Source: Leucoraja ocellata (taxonomy: Eukaryota). From it: a stretch of 64,000 nucleotides of DNA. Numbering within the stretch: the stretch's first letter is position 1; the number at the start of each line of letters is the position of its first letter. The translations under genes and the position numbers were made by a program. The stretch lies in assembly GCA_036785375.1 (NCBI GenBank), contig JAWMAR010000078.1, forward strand, positions 1,674,001 through 1,738,000, read 5' to 3'. Of this stretch, positions 38,829 to 52,790 are shown piece after piece. Under the pieces are notes generated by a model that did no database searches, was not told where the DNA came from, and was given only the letters and a program-made list of their open reading frames with translations.

Positions 38829-41511
38829 ACTGCAGATGCAAGGACCTTGAGCAACAGATCAACAGATCAGGCAGCATTTGCGGAGGGAAGAGTCTTGACC
38901 CAAAACTTTGCCTTTTCATTCCCTCCACAATTCTGCCTGACCTGCTTGGTTCCTCCAGCACTTTTGCCCATCATACACATCGTAAAATAGTGGAATGATT
39001 ACAGTGGGTAATAGTAGATCATCTTGTGAGACAACATGTAGGGAGTCCCCATGCTGTAGCATCACCTTGAATCTCTCGAGTCGCAAGCCTCTGAAAATAT
39101 CAAATCTGAACATTGGCTGAGGAGATATGAATTTATTATTTTCTCACTTTAAGGCTGAGTGTGCTGGCGGCAATGGGTGTGTGTGGGTGTGTTGACGATG
39201 TACGGATCGGCCTGGCCCAGTGTGATGCCGTTGGTTCCTTTTACGGCCACTTCTGATCCATGCACCTACTGCAGGCTGCACCGATGTGTCCACTCACCTG
39301 TCTGTGGTCGGGCCTCCAGTATCTGCCTTGTCTTTCCACAGCACAACCTGTGGTCCCTGCAACCACTCTGGCGTCCGTCTCCTGCAGCTGCCCCGGTGCT
39401 TCCATGCACCGAGATCACCATGACCCGCTTGAGGAACAGAAAAGTCTTCCCGAACTAACCAGGGGACTTCAGGTCCATTGCCAACAGGCGCAGGAGTTGA
39501 GTTCACAGACCATTGACACTAACTTCCCCATTCCCCTGCCACCACCACCATCCTCAAGACGTCAATTTGCCTTTGAAAAGGTATCAATAGGGCAAACAGT
39601 CAGAACTTTTCTCCAAGACTGGAAATGTCCCAAACCTAGAGGGCATAGTGATGAGGTGGTAGAGAGAGATGGTGATGTGTAGGACAAGTTTTGTTACACA
39701 GAGAGTTGTGGGGGCCTAGAGCGCATTGCCATGGTAGTGGTAGAGGTAGATATGATTATGGCATTTAAGTGGCTTTTCAATAAGCACATAGAAGTGCAGG
39801 GAATAGAGGGATATGGATCATGTACAGGCAGATGAGATCAATTTAACTTGGCATCATGTCGGCACAAACATTGTGGGCCAAACCACCCATTCATTCCAGT
39901 GCTGTACTGATCTATGTTCCTACCAATCTACACTATCACGTTTAGGAACGTTTGGATTTGTATACCATAGTCCTAGCATTTCTGGGATATGTCCTGCACT
40001 TTTAAGACCTCTCAAAATGCATCACCTTACTAATCAGGATTAAGTTCCATCTTCCATTACTCGGCTGGATTTATGAGCTAATCAATAGCATGCTGTAACC
40101 TAACCCTTTTCACTATCAAGAATACCATCAATTTTCATATTAACTGCTAATTTACTAATTATATGTTCTATATTAAGATTCAAAGCATTAATGGACACAT
40201 GAACCAGTAATTGTCTCACACTGATTTCTTGGTACACTACTGGTTGCAGGCTTCCAATCGAAAAAAAACAAACTATCCTCTACCATTCACCTCTGTCTGT
40301 CAATACCATGTCAAATTTTGATTCAGTTTGCCACAACTTTTACCTTTTGGACCAACCTTCCAAGCTGGAGCTGATCAAAAGCCTTTCTAAAGCCCATGCA
40401 AATTATGGCGACCACACAGCATGTTATCAGTGTTAGCTTATAACATCTGTAGTTCAGTGCAAGATGGTACAATCTTTGCTAACCTGCATCTTATACTGGG
40501 AAAGGGTTGTTCACAGTATGGGATAAGATAAGGCAGGCAATCACTGAGAGGTAGGAACCCCACACACTGGAAATCATCAATTCCTCTCTCCCCTTTCCTC
40601 TCACTTCCACAGCAGCCTTTTCCACAGGTAACCTGTTGCTCCAATGGACTGAGATTCTTTCAAATCTGACCACCATCTCTTTGTCCAATTGCCATCTATC
40701 CATGCAGCTCCAAATGGGAAACACACAGGTAACCATTAATAATGATTCTTTCACCATATTTTCATTTGACATTTGGAAGTCACCCGTTTAGGAACGCAGT
40801 CCATTAAAATGACCGGACTCCAATGTCTAGACTCTTACTTTCAATAGTAACTCAAGTTTTAGCAAGATTAATACAATTCAGATTCAGATTCAGATTTAAT
40901 TTTAATTGTCATTGTCAGTGTACAATACAGAGACATCGAAATGCATTTAGCATCTCCCTTGAAGAGCGACATAGCAAACGATTCGAATAAAAAATAATAA
41001 GTGTCCGGGGGTGGGGTGGGGTGGTGATTGGCAGTCACCGAGGTACGTTGTTGAGTAATCTTACCAGGTAACTGTCAAATATATCAAGACATATTTTGAA
41101 AACACAACATGAGTTCTTTAAAAAAAACCATGAACTTGTTAATTCGTACATGATTTTATATTCAATGTGATGGAAATTCAGTTGAACTAAAACTTGAGAA
41201 AAAAGTTCATGACATGGATAGGACATTTAGGTCAGGTAAGGAAATTGAGTGGTTAGGTCTGTGTGGATAAACTATGATGATCCAGCACAAAAATAAGCCT
41301 AGCTTAAAGATTTTGAACTTTTGAACATTGTAATTAGTTGAGTGACCATTAGCAGTTAAAATAGTCCCAAAAATTCAGTGATTCTTTTTGAAAGATCCAG
41401 ACTTTGAATTCTGTCAAAACTATCCAGAGATTTGATTTAGATCCCATCAACTCTGGATTGTTGCAGATAGCTAATTGGAATGATGTATCAAAATTAAATA
41501 TTTAAAACATT

Positions 41512-41805
41512 GGGGCTGCACAGTGGCGCAGTAGTAGAACTGCTTCTTTACAGTGCCAGGGAACCGAGTTCGATCCTGCCTACGGGTGCTGTCTTTACAT
41601 TCTCCCTGTGACCACGCGGATTTTCTCTGGGTGCTCCAGTTTCCTGCCACATCCCAAAGATGTATAAGTTTGTCGGTTAATTCACTTCGGTAAGATTGTA
41701 AATTGTCCCTGGTGTGTAGGATAGTGCGAATGTATGGGGTGATTGCTGGTCGGCACGGACTCAGTGGGCCGAAGGGCCTGTTTCCTCACTGTATCTCTAA
41801 ATCTA
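41512..41805 (+). mobile_element. HE1/V-SINE
   Basis: ggggctgcacagtggcgcagtagtagaac...gagttcgatcctg...gggccgaagggcctgtttcc...tctaaatctaaa. Confidence 0.85.
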
Positions 41806-42089
41806 AAGGCTAATGTTTATGCAGTCCCTGACATTTGTTATTGTGCTATGTAAACATATTCCCAATAAAAAATGATTTATGAGTATTATTATAAATAAAC
41901 GTTGCACGTTAGAGATGTCGCCTGACTAAGTAAGTATAAATTTTATGTGCCCTTAATGCTGTCATTTCCGAATTTACAACAGATGATTAGCAGCATGCTT
42001 TAATAGTTTTTGACTCTTTAGTAATTAGCCATATGGCATTGGTGACAAACATTATTACATTAAACTTTGCATATGATTTATATCAACAG

Positions 42090-42219
42090 AAAGACTGTGT
42101 GATTAAATGTAAAGAGGATCAGTTCCAGTGTGAGCATGGGCACTGTATTCCTGTCAGGTGGCACTGTGATGGAGAGACTGATTGTCTAGATAGCAGTGAT
42201 GAGGAAAGCTGTGAACAAG
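42090..42219 (+). CDS. LRP1/LRP1B-family exon, LDLa repeat (CR28-like)
   Basis: caacAG|AAA GAC...CAA G|GTaact; 130 nt, phase 0-1; [43 protein letters not shown]. Confidence 0.95.
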
Positions 42220-43291
42220 GTAACTGAAAAAGCTTAAATGGCATGTCTCCTATCACTTTAATGTTCAGCTTCCATTAGAATGATATGTGTCGAAGCAGAA
42301 TATCTTACTATATTAGTGAGCCTTGCTTCTTGCCAGGATTTTATGATAGTGAATTGACATTTTATGCTCTGTAAATTCTATTGCCATATGGCGGATTCTA
42401 GGTTGATAATTTTATGGTCACGGCTTTGAATTTCTTCAGACCCAGATAATTCTCTATGCATATGTGAAGGAGATTAAAATCCTTATTTTTAGTGCATGGT
42501 TATTTAGTGATTTTTCCAAGTTTCAGTGAACATCTTATAAATGTTCAAAGCCTGCTGTACAATTGTAACTGCTAAGAAACCAACATAACATAATATCTGC
42601 CTTCTATATGTCAAGATATTAACACATTTTTTTGTTTTAAAGGCTACCTTCACATAGCTCTGCAGTCCCTTCACTGATTATTTACAATGTGGCTCTGATG
42701 ATAATGTCAATGTATCAATTAGTTATCTATCCAATGACCTGACTGGCCATTTTCTTCCCAAGTGAGGTTAGCAGGCTGACAAGAGGGAATAATTTCCTCT
42801 CATTATTCGGCTCCAGCCTGCCAACCATTTGATGCTTTCTACCATTTGCTCACAGAGAACTGACAATAAGCATGCAGTTAACTTCCAAGAGCTTAGGGAT
42901 AGCTCAACTAAGCTCACCTCACCCTCTGCTCACTCAATTCCTGTCCCCAAGTTAAAAAAAATAACCTTATTTACACAAATGTTAAAGATGAGGTATATGT
43001 ATATGATACATGTTTTTCTTCAATTTTTCACAATATAATTAAAATATTATCCAAAGATTTTAAATATGCCATTATTGTTTCTTGTTCTATGCAATGTCAT
43101 AAGAAAACAACAAACTTGCCATTAATTACTGATTAAAAAAACTGGTTGGCAATAAATTACTGCATGGAGAGGCGAGGAAAATAATTCCATAAATGGTCCA
43201 TCGAGTGTCGGCCTCTAATTGACATAACTGTGTTGAAATTAATGATATATGAATTTTTATATTAGACTGTTTAATTATTTGGGTTTTCCAG

Positions 43292-43414
43292 TGCAAACAA
43301 CCTGCAATGTGGATGAATTTCAATGCAACAATACACTTTGTAAGCTTATATCATGGCTATGTGATGGTGAAGATGATTGTGGAGACAACTCTGATGAAAA
43401 CCCAGAAATGTGTG
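43292..43414 (+). CDS. LRP1/LRP1B-family exon, LDLa repeat (CR29-like)
   Basis: ttccAG|TG CAA...TGT G|GTatgt; 123 nt, phase 1-1; (V)[40 protein letters not shown]. Confidence 0.95.
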
Positions 43415-43429
43415 GTATGTTGGTTATCT

Positions 43430-43637
43430 TTTTTAAATTCGGTAAATTCAGTAAAGAGCTCGGGGACATCTCTTAGTGGCTCGTTACGCGAAGTTTCGGC
43501 AGGCACTCGGGAAGTCTCGCTAATGGCAGGTAAGCACGAGAAGACTCGTGAAGATTTTTCAACACTTTGAAAAATTGTCCACGATAGCCGACAAGTGGCC
43601 ATTACCGTAAATCTCCGAGTTCTGTGGGACAGGGCTT
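43430..43637. mobile_element. Truncated Harbinger-like MITE (same family as 3322-3652)
   Basis: Shares ctaatggcaggtaagca...gtgaagatttttcaac and the right TIR gtgggacagggctt|taa. Confidence 0.75.
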
Positions 43638-44464
43638 TAATAGGTAAGGCATGGATGCTTGGAGAGTTATCCTATGGTTGATGTAGCAAAGACAGGGTGG
43701 GAAGCAGAATTTACTGAAAGAGATTTGGTATAGTTTCACTGCATTGGAGAGAAGGGAACTAGGGGCATTTAATCAACTAGAGACGGAGGGGGAGGGAAGC
43801 TCTTGTAATCTCATAAAATGTTGATTGTTTGCTGTGTTCAATTAATCCTTTAAAGACTACCCATAAACCAAATGTGTCTACAGTTACAAACTTACCACTA
43901 TGGCTAGTCCCAAAGGGACATTTCCAAAAAATACTATGAAGGCATTGAAACTCTCCATTAGACAATCTTTAAGCAGAACAAATTTGAGACTCTTAGGTAG
44001 TATTAGTTGACTGATGGCATTGGATGAGGTGGTTTTTGGTGCAAATTGAAAACAATTCAAGAAACAGTTTTCTAAAGCAGAAAAAAATAACTCTATTTCT
44101 CTCTTGACAGATGCTGCCTGACCTTATCAGCTTCTCTTATTTTCGGTTTTATTTCAGATTTATAATATAAAAATCATTAGCCATGAAGGGATGTGAACAA
44201 TAACATTAACTGCTGCACAGATGGGAAATGCAGCTGGGATATATCTAAAAGCTAAATCTGCCATAGGGGTAACAACTCAATCAACCATAATTAATTTGAA
44301 CAGCTCAGTGTTAGTGGTAAGATGTTGGGTCAGTAAAGAAAATGTTAGAGGAAGTAGGTATGACACTCACAGGTAACAGGTAATAGGTATTTTAAGAAAT
44401 ATTTTAGCTATGGTACAATGGATTTTTTTGATAAAATTTGCTTTTTACATTTTTTATTAAACAG

Positions 44465-44587
44465 TGAAATTTCAGTGTCCTCCTTCAAGATCATTCCGAT
44501 GTAAAAATGGGAGAGTGTGCCTTCGACCTGAGCGGGTTTGTGATGAAATAAATAACTGCGGTGACAACTCTGATGAAGTGGACTGTG
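44465..44587 (+). CDS. LRP1/LRP1B-family exon, LDLa repeat (CR30-like)
   Basis: aaacAG|TG AAA...TGT G|GTacgt; 123 nt, phase 1-1; (V)[40 protein letters not shown]. Not in the ORF track. Confidence 0.95.
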
Positions 44588-45433
44588 GTACGTGCCTTTA
44601 TTTTACTAACTGTATACTGTTAGTATTCTAACTATTAATGCATTCAGCATTACAGATTATATTCACATATTCTAAATATTCAAGAATAAGTAGTGACATG
44701 AGTTATAAGTCAATATTTATGACAAAATCAAGATGCAATATCATTCAGGCTAAAACAAGAATTTACACTTGTACAATGTATTTCATGCCCACAAGGTCTC
44801 ATTATTCTTCACAATTGATGAAGAATTTACCTTTCAACATAGACACTGTTCTTTGGTTGGCTCATTGGACAGGCAATTTAAATACAGGAAATCACCTCAA
44901 AATTAGGTCAATGGCCAATAGAGCTGGTTTTGGAATCATTGATTGAAGGATAAATATTGATCAAGGCTGTATTTATACCACAAATTTTATGATTAACTTT
45001 AGCTCCGGTGTATTTTCTATCTACTTAATCAGGCTGAAAGACCATTAGCTTAATGTGAAACAGACAGCCTCTGTCAAAATATAACAGTTTCATGGGTTGG
45101 GCTTTATTTATTGGTCTTGTGTTCCTCAGGCAAGTATGGTACCATTCATCAAAGTTAGCACTTAGCAGAGGGGCCATCTGCAACAATGGGTTCAAGATCT
45201 TGCAGCATGTCCAGTTGTACTAGCATCCTAAAATTCAGTTCCATTGACTTCTCTGTGCAGTGATGCACGCTATCAAAGAGCAATATTTCCATGAGCTCAG
45301 TACCAGCATGGAAAGACAGATTGCACTTCTACTTACTCCAGTGGGGATCCTTGTATTCTAAATTAAACATGATGATGAATGGTTTAAGATAATGAAATCA
45401 GTCATACTATATTTTCATCAAGAATCTTAATTC

Positions 45434-46596
45434 CCACATAAGAGATTAGTATACAAACTTAAAGCACATGGTATTGGGGGTTCAGTATTGATGTGGATAG
45501 AGAACTGGCTGGCAGACAGGAAGCAAAGAGTAGGAGTAAACGAGTAATTTTCACAATGGCAGGCAGTGACTAGTGGGGTACCGCAAGGCTCAGTTCTGGG
45601 ACCCCAGCTATTTACGATATGTATTAATGATTTGGACGAGGGAATTGAATGCAACATCTCCAAGTTTGCGGATGACACGAAGCTGGGGGGCAGTGTTAGC
45701 TGTGAGGAGGATGCTAGGAGGCTGCAAGGTGACTTGGATAGGCTGGGTGAGTGGGCAAATGCATGGCAGATGCTGTATAATGTGGATAAATGTGAGGTTA
45801 TCCACTTTGGTGGCAAAAACAGGAAAGTAGATTATTATCTGAATGTTGGCCGATTAGGAAAGGGGGAGATGCAACGAGACCTGGGTATCATGGTACACCA
45901 GTCATTAAAAGTAGGCATGCAGGTGCAGCAGGCAGTGAAGAAGGCAAATGGTATGTTAGCATTCATAGCAAAAGGATTTGAGTATAGGAGCAGGGAGGTT
46001 CTACTGCAGTTGTACAGGGTCTTGGTGAGACCACACCTGGAGTATTGCGTACAGTTTTGGTCTCCTAATCTGAGGAAAGACATTCTTGCCATAGAGGGAG
46101 TGCAGAGAAGGTTCACCAGACTGATTCCTGGGATGTCAGGACTTTCATATGAAGAAAGACTGGATAGACTCGGTTTGTACTCGCTAGAATTTAGAAGATT
46201 GAGGGGGGATTTTATAGAAACTTACAAAATTCTTAAGGGGTTGGACAGGCTAGATGCAGGAAGATTGTTCCCGATGTTGGGGAAGTCCAGAACAAGGGAT
46301 CACAGTTTAAGGATAAGGGAGAAATCTTTTAGGACCGAGATGAGGAAAACTTTTTTCACACAGAGAGTGGGGAATCTCTGGAATTCTCTCCTGCAGAAGG
46401 TAGTTGAGGCCAGTTCATTGGCTATATTTAAGAGGGAGTTAGATGTGGCCCTTGTGGCTAAAGGGATCAGGGGGTATGGAGAGAAGGCAGGTACAGGATA
46501 CTGAGTTGGATGATCAGCCATGATCATATTGAATGGTGGTGCAGGCTCGAAGGGCCGAATGGCCTACTCCTGCACCTATCTTCTGTTTCTATGTTT
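45434..46596 (+). mobile_element. Young CR1/HER1 LINE, 5'-truncated, RT frame open from 45566
   Basis: 312-aa ORF SGVPQGSVLGPQLF...KFADDTKL...; very similar to the copies at 20200 and 2917. Confidence 0.95.
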
Positions 46597-49074
46597 CAAG
46601 ATTGTTTTGAAGTGTTAAGAATTATGAATATGGATATGTTTATAATAATTGGGAATTTCAGAGAACTGTTATGATTTTATTGAACAATCTCTGGAAATAG
46701 CATAGTACCCTAAGAATAATTACAGCACAGAGGAAGCCATTAAACCTATTATGTCAGTCCTTTCAAAAAAGCAACCAAACTTCATCCCACCTTCCAGAAT
46801 TAGATCTATAGTCTTGCAGCTCCTTGCTCCCATTCAAGTAGTTTTTGAATGTGATGAGGGTTTAATCGCCCTTTCAGGCAGTGAGCTCCATATGTTATAT
46901 GGTTATATCTTGGCTTCCATTTTGGCTGTACACTATTTTACTCAATTCCCCTCTAATCCCCTTATTGCTTATTTGAAATCCATGCCTTTTGGCTTTTGAT
47001 CATTCTTCTAAGAGAATCAGGTCCTTCCTATTTACTCCTTCATAAGTATACACACTTCATTTATATCTCCCCTCAGAGTCCACTGTTCCACAGAAAACAG
47101 TCCGACCTATCCAATTTTTCATCACAGCTACATTTCAGTCTTTACAACAACACCATAAATCTCCTCTGTACCACCTGCAGTGTAACCACATCTTTCTTGT
47201 AATGTTATGACCTGAACTACATGCAGTGCTCAAGCTGCAGCCTGACTAGTATTGCACATAGTTCCAGAATTACCTCCCTCTTCCTATATTTTATGCCTCA
47301 ACTGATAAAGGAGTACATTGGTATACCTTCATAACCACCAAAATGACCTGCGCTGTTACCTTCAAAGATCTGTCGATATACACTCTTAGCTTCAAGCGTT
47401 CTTCCACGCCATAAATGTGTTTACTTTAGAAGCCTAATACGATACTAAATCACCCAGCGAATGTTAAGGAAATAAATTGCAGAGTCTTGTCACTATAAAT
47501 AATTAAAAGTATTGACATATATATTGAGGGAAATGTACCTCTTCGAGTGCAGAGCCGGTTGTCAGAGGCAACCAATCATAATTATGTGAGACCTGACTCA
47601 AAGAATAGCATTAGCCCTTAGTGTGTGGATGCATTTGTTGTGTTTAACACTATTGTTTTACTGTGGCTTGCGAATAAAACTGCTAAATCCTACATTACTC
47701 AATGCTGCATCATTTACGCAGCAGTCCCTGACCGTGGATAATGCCGGTTGATATAATTATTATGACTTTGTAAAGGCAATTTGAGATTGAGCATGTGGCA
47801 TATGCTGGTCGCCTGTAGTGACTGAATTAATGTAGTACTGCTGACCTGCTGCCCTATTTAATTTTGTATTAAAGGAATTGAAATACATTAGTATTGGTAT
47901 TACAAGCTCCTGTGGAAATAGAACAGTAAAATGTGGCTTGTATTATGAATGCATAAGAGTGTAAACTGAAATAATTCTATTTTACAGGTTTGATTTGTGT
48001 GCAAAACACCCACATTTTGCTGTAGGATATCTTTAGCTCAATTTGCATGCATGTTTGTCCTGATTTCAAACTAGTGGCGTCCAATATTTAGATGTCACAG
48101 CCATGGGGAGAAAGCAGGATAATGCGGTTGAGAGGGAAAGGTAGATCGAATGGCAGAGACTTGATTTGCCGAATGGTCTAATTCTGCTCCTTTAACTTAT
48201 GAACACTGATATTTCAAAAAAAGGTGCTAGATTCCTTGTATATGCGTAGCGATGGCTTAATAACTGGTGAAAACCACATTTGACAAATGAATCACCAATA
48301 CTTTAACTGTCCCATTGTCCCTAAGCATATGCATTTGTTTTTATTTATTTTATTATGAATCTCTTTTCAGTAAATTAAGAAGTTTTGGGGTCATAGAGTC
48401 AGTCATACATGATGGAATCATGCCCTTTGGCCCAACGTTCATGCCAACCAAGATGTCCCATTTAAGCTTGTTCCATTTGCCCACATTTGGTCCACATTCT
48501 TGTAAAGATTTCCTGCCTATCCACCTGTCCAAGTATTTGTTAAATGCCATTAAAATACCTGCCTCAACTACCCCTTCTGGCAGTTTGTTCCATGTACCCA
48601 CCAAGTGAAACGGTTGATTCGGAACTGATTTCCCAGATTTCCTGGGAGCATGGCAGACCTTTGAACATGATCGAGCCATCTGTGCATTCCTCCTCGCGTA
48701 CAACGCCACCCACGTTTTACATGAATAAAACGTCCCCAGACAAGCAATCTATAATTTCCATCTCCCATCCAGCAAGCTAGTATTGGAAACAGAAACAAGC
48801 AGCAGTAGCCTACCCCAGTTATTTGGGTGGGTGCAGAGCATAGTTTTATCATTGCCTTGGTCTTCCAGCTTTCTGATTCCAATGACTTGCTGCCTCCACA
48901 ACTTTGCACTAACCCATACATATTTCCTGGCCATGAATTCCACCATGAACATTATCACTGGCTGTGGCCATAATTAGATATTTCACAGTTTACCGAATGC
49001 ATTTGCTACTTTAGTGAAAATTACAGTTTGTTTGGTTGCCTTCACATCATGTTTGCACTCGATTTAATTCACAG

Positions 49075-49209
49075 AGAAACAAATTCAGAGGCCATGTGGG
49101 AAGGATGAGTTTACATGCAGCAATGGGAGGTGCATCCCTTTAGAGCTACAATGCGACATGTTCAATGATTGTGCTGATGGTGGGTTCGATGAACAAGACT
49201 GTACCAGAA
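49075..49209 (+). CDS. LRP1/LRP1B-family exon, last LDLa repeat of cluster IV
   Basis: tcacAG|AG AAA...AGA A|GTaagc; 135 nt, phase 1-1; (E)[44 protein letters not shown]. Not in the ORF track. Confidence 0.93.
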
Positions 49210-50568
49210 GTAAGCCTTGAATAAAGTACTTTTAGTGCACATAGTCATTACTGTTTTAATATATAAATATTAAATGTAGGAGATTTATAATGCTGGCGAT
49301 CACCACTAACATCGTCCCATCTTTCATTGTGTAGCTTTATGAATGAACTTTGGTAAAATCTCAAATTATTTTTTCATTAATTGTGTCAAAATTGCTTTGC
49401 TTGCGTAAAGTGTAAATAAGTTAAGTGGCTTTAAAAAAAATAAACACTACTGCTGAACTCTGTATGAAACATAAATGTATTTGTGTTACCTGAGCCATGC
49501 CTGTTATCTTAGCGCATTCATGATTGTCAAACGTGTTATGATTGCAAACATAATGCAAAAACGCAAAACCCACATTTATTTCAGTATTCAGTTAATCACG
49601 AACAATATTTTCTTCAATCTAGATTACTGTGATATTCCTTGGTTTTAAGAGGCATTCCTTGGTTTTAATTTGCGGAGTACCAAGATTGTATTGTATTTAT
49701 ATTGTAAAAGTTACAGAACCATTATTCAGGTTAAGTGAACTGATCAAATGAAAAAAATAGCTCACGTCACTTTAACAGTATGAGTTCGATTTTTTTAAAA
49801 CTTGAATTGATGCAAATAGAATGCAGTATTGAGGGAAGAGTGGGCATTGTTCCATTGAGTAATATTTGATTTTGCAGTTTTAGTTATATGCATGCTTTAA
49901 AAAAATCTCCTGTAAGGTCTAATACTGAAAGCGAAAAGAAAACAGTGGCACATTGATGAAGAGCAAAAATATTACTGAATTCACAGTATTTCCGATCATC
50001 TTCTATTAATTAAGAAAATTGGCATACATTTCAATAGCTGTTTCCAAAAACATATTATCCTAAAACCATTACATCAGTTCCTATTAATAGGAGTCATTTT
50101 CTTCAAGTCTTCTTTCATTTAAACTAAATAGGTTAACTGTATAGGTGTAATACATAGGCATTAATATCCTATTTATTTAAATGTGGAAGGATTAATTAAG
50201 GCACTGGTACACCATTGGAATTGCACCATGAGGCACCACCCCACAGGACTTGAAAATCTAAATGCTGCAGATGCTGAAAGTCATTGAGTCATACAAGACG
50301 GAAAAAAAACTCTACAGCCCAAACTGCTCATGCCGAGCAACAGTCCCCACCTACACTAGTCCCACCTGCCCACATTTGCCTTACTCATAGAGGACCATGT
50401 CCATCTCCTGTGACTCCACACAAAGATGTCCCCTGTGAATCTCTCTAGTTACCCTCTTTCCCTTAATGCACACAAAATCTCCTTGGATTTTTCTTTATTT
50501 TATCTTGCAGAGCTATCTCCATCTCCTTTTTGCCCTGCTTATTTCCTTCTTAAGTATGTACCTAATAA

Positions 50569-50784
50569 TGCCCCTGTCCCACTTAGGAAACCTGAACGGA
50601 AACCTCTGGAGACTTTGTGCCCCACCCAAGGTTTTCGTGCGGTTCCCAGAGGTTCCCGGAGGTTTCTGTCAGTCTCCCTACCTGCTTCCATTACCTGCAA
50701 CCTCCGGGAACCGCACGGAAACCTTGGGTGGGGCGCAAAGTCTCCAGAGGTTTCCGTTCAGGTTTCCTAAGTGGGACAGGGGCA
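50569..50784. mobile_element. Harbinger-like MITE with about 65-bp near-perfect TIRs
   Basis: tgcccctgtcccacttaggaaacctgaacggaaacctctggagactttg... and its reverse complement; flanks taa/tta. Confidence 0.85.
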
Positions 50785-50789
50785 TTAAG

Positions 50790-52790
50790 TTCCTAAAACT
50801 CCTCTAGGGATAAACTTGATCCTATCTGCCTTTAGCTGTCCAATGCTTCATTCCTTCCTGACCAGAGCTCAATTTCTCTCGTCATCCAAGCTTTTTTATT
50901 CCCACATGCCTTGTCCTTCACTCTAACATGCATGTCCTGAACTCTTGATATCATCCCTTTTCATAGCATCCCACGTTCCAGACATTCCTTTGCCCACAAA
51001 CAATCTACTCCAATCAACTTTAGAAACTTCCTGTCTCATACCATCAATGTTTGCCTTGCCCCAATTCAGAATTTTAACTTGTGGGTCGCCCTTTGTTTAT
51101 CCATAGCTATTTTAAAAGTAATAGATCAGTGGTCACTGATCCCAAAAGGCTTACCCATGAACACTTCACTTACTTGCCTTTCCCAATTTCCTAAGATTAA
51201 GCTTTGCCCTCTCTTTTGTCGGCCCTTCTACATATTGGAAGAGGAAAATTTCCCTGAACACATTTAACAATTTCAATCCCATCTAAGCCCTGGGCACTAT
51301 GACAGTCGCAGTCTGTGATGGGGAAGTTAAAATCCCCAACCTTGATAACCTTAGACTTGCAGCTGCCCGCTATTCTCCTGGCATATTTGCTCTTCTAATT
51401 CCCATTGACTATTTGGGGGTTTATAATACACTCCCAACAAGGTGATCATGCCCTTTTTATCTCAGCTCCAGCCAAATAGCTTCACTGTATGATCCTTTGG
51501 TAAAGTCATCTTGGACTACTGCCGCTAAATTCTCCTTAATCAACGAAGCAACACCCACTTCTCTTTTTCTATCTCTCCTGTAGCACCTGTACCCTGGAGC
51601 ATTAAGCTGCCAGTCCTTTCACTCTCATAGCCAGGTTTTCATAATGGCTGGAATGCCCCAGTCGCATGTACTTATCCACACCCTGGAATCATCCGGCTTA
51701 TCACATTAAAATCAATGCAATTCAACCCAATGGTCATTCCTCGCCTCCTGCCATGCTATTCTGTACTCTGAACTTTCTTCACCTTCCAGCCTCTCATATG
51801 CATCTGTCCTGCATTGGATCCTGCCTCCCTGCCAGTCTAGTTTAAATCAACCTGTATAACATTAGCTAACCTGTTAACACTAGCTATAGATAGGTGATGT
51901 TTCCGGCCAAGACCCTTCTTCAGCCAGGATATGGGTCCTCTCCAGTTCGGGTGCAACCCATCCTTCATGTACAGATTATCTCTGACCCAGAAGAGATCCA
52001 ACGGTCCAAAAATCGGAATCTCTGCCCCCTGCACTAACTCCTCACCCACTTATTCATCTGGCTTATTCTCCTGTTCCAACCCTCAAGAGAATGTAGCATT
52101 GAGAATAATCCAGAAATCACTAACCAGGAGGTCCTGCTTTTTAAGCTTTTGCCTATATTCATTTTGAAGGCCCTCGTCTCTTTTCCTACCAATGTCATTT
52201 GTGCCAACACGCACCGCGACTTCTGGCTGCTCACCGTCCTCTTTGAAAATATTGATCAGTTGCTCCAAGACACCGTGAACCCTCGCACCACGGAGGCAAC
52301 ACACCATCTTAGAGTCTTGATTGCTGCCACTGAATCTCCCGTCTGCCACCTAACTAAAGAGTTTCCTATCATATGCCTGACATCACCCTTCCTTGCTGCG
52401 CTTCAGACCAGGATCGGTGCCAAAGACATAACTTATACTGCTGCTCAGCACTGATGGGTCATCTCTCCCCACAGTATCCAAAAGGTTAACTTGTTTTATA
52501 GGGAAATGGCCACAGGGTCACCTGCATTCTCTGTCTAATCCTTTTCTTTGCGGTCACCCACCTGCCCTCTTCCTGTACATTAGGCATGACCACCTCTCTA
52601 TGATTCCTTCCTATGAATTCTCCTGGAAGATCCTGAGGTCACCCAGCTGCATCTCCAGTTCCCTAATACAGTCTGTAAGTGGACACATTTTCCACAGGTA
52701 GCCCTCAAGGACACCAGTAGTTTCCTGACTTTCCACATCCTGCAGGAGGTGCACTGCACCATTTTACCTGTCATCACTACTGCACTTAAA
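50790..52790 (-). mobile_element. CR1 LINE 5' half (ORF1 SGNH esterase plus ORF2 endonuclease region), decayed
   Basis: VCCLRGARVHGV...EVAVRVGTNDIG and DGLHPNWRG esterase motifs. Confidence 0.8.

Noticed and set aside
45566-46504. Longest ORF (312 aa), and the 238-aa ORF at 20194, as host genes
   Set aside because: Both are CR1/HER1 reverse-transcriptase C-termini in 5'-truncated LINE copies.
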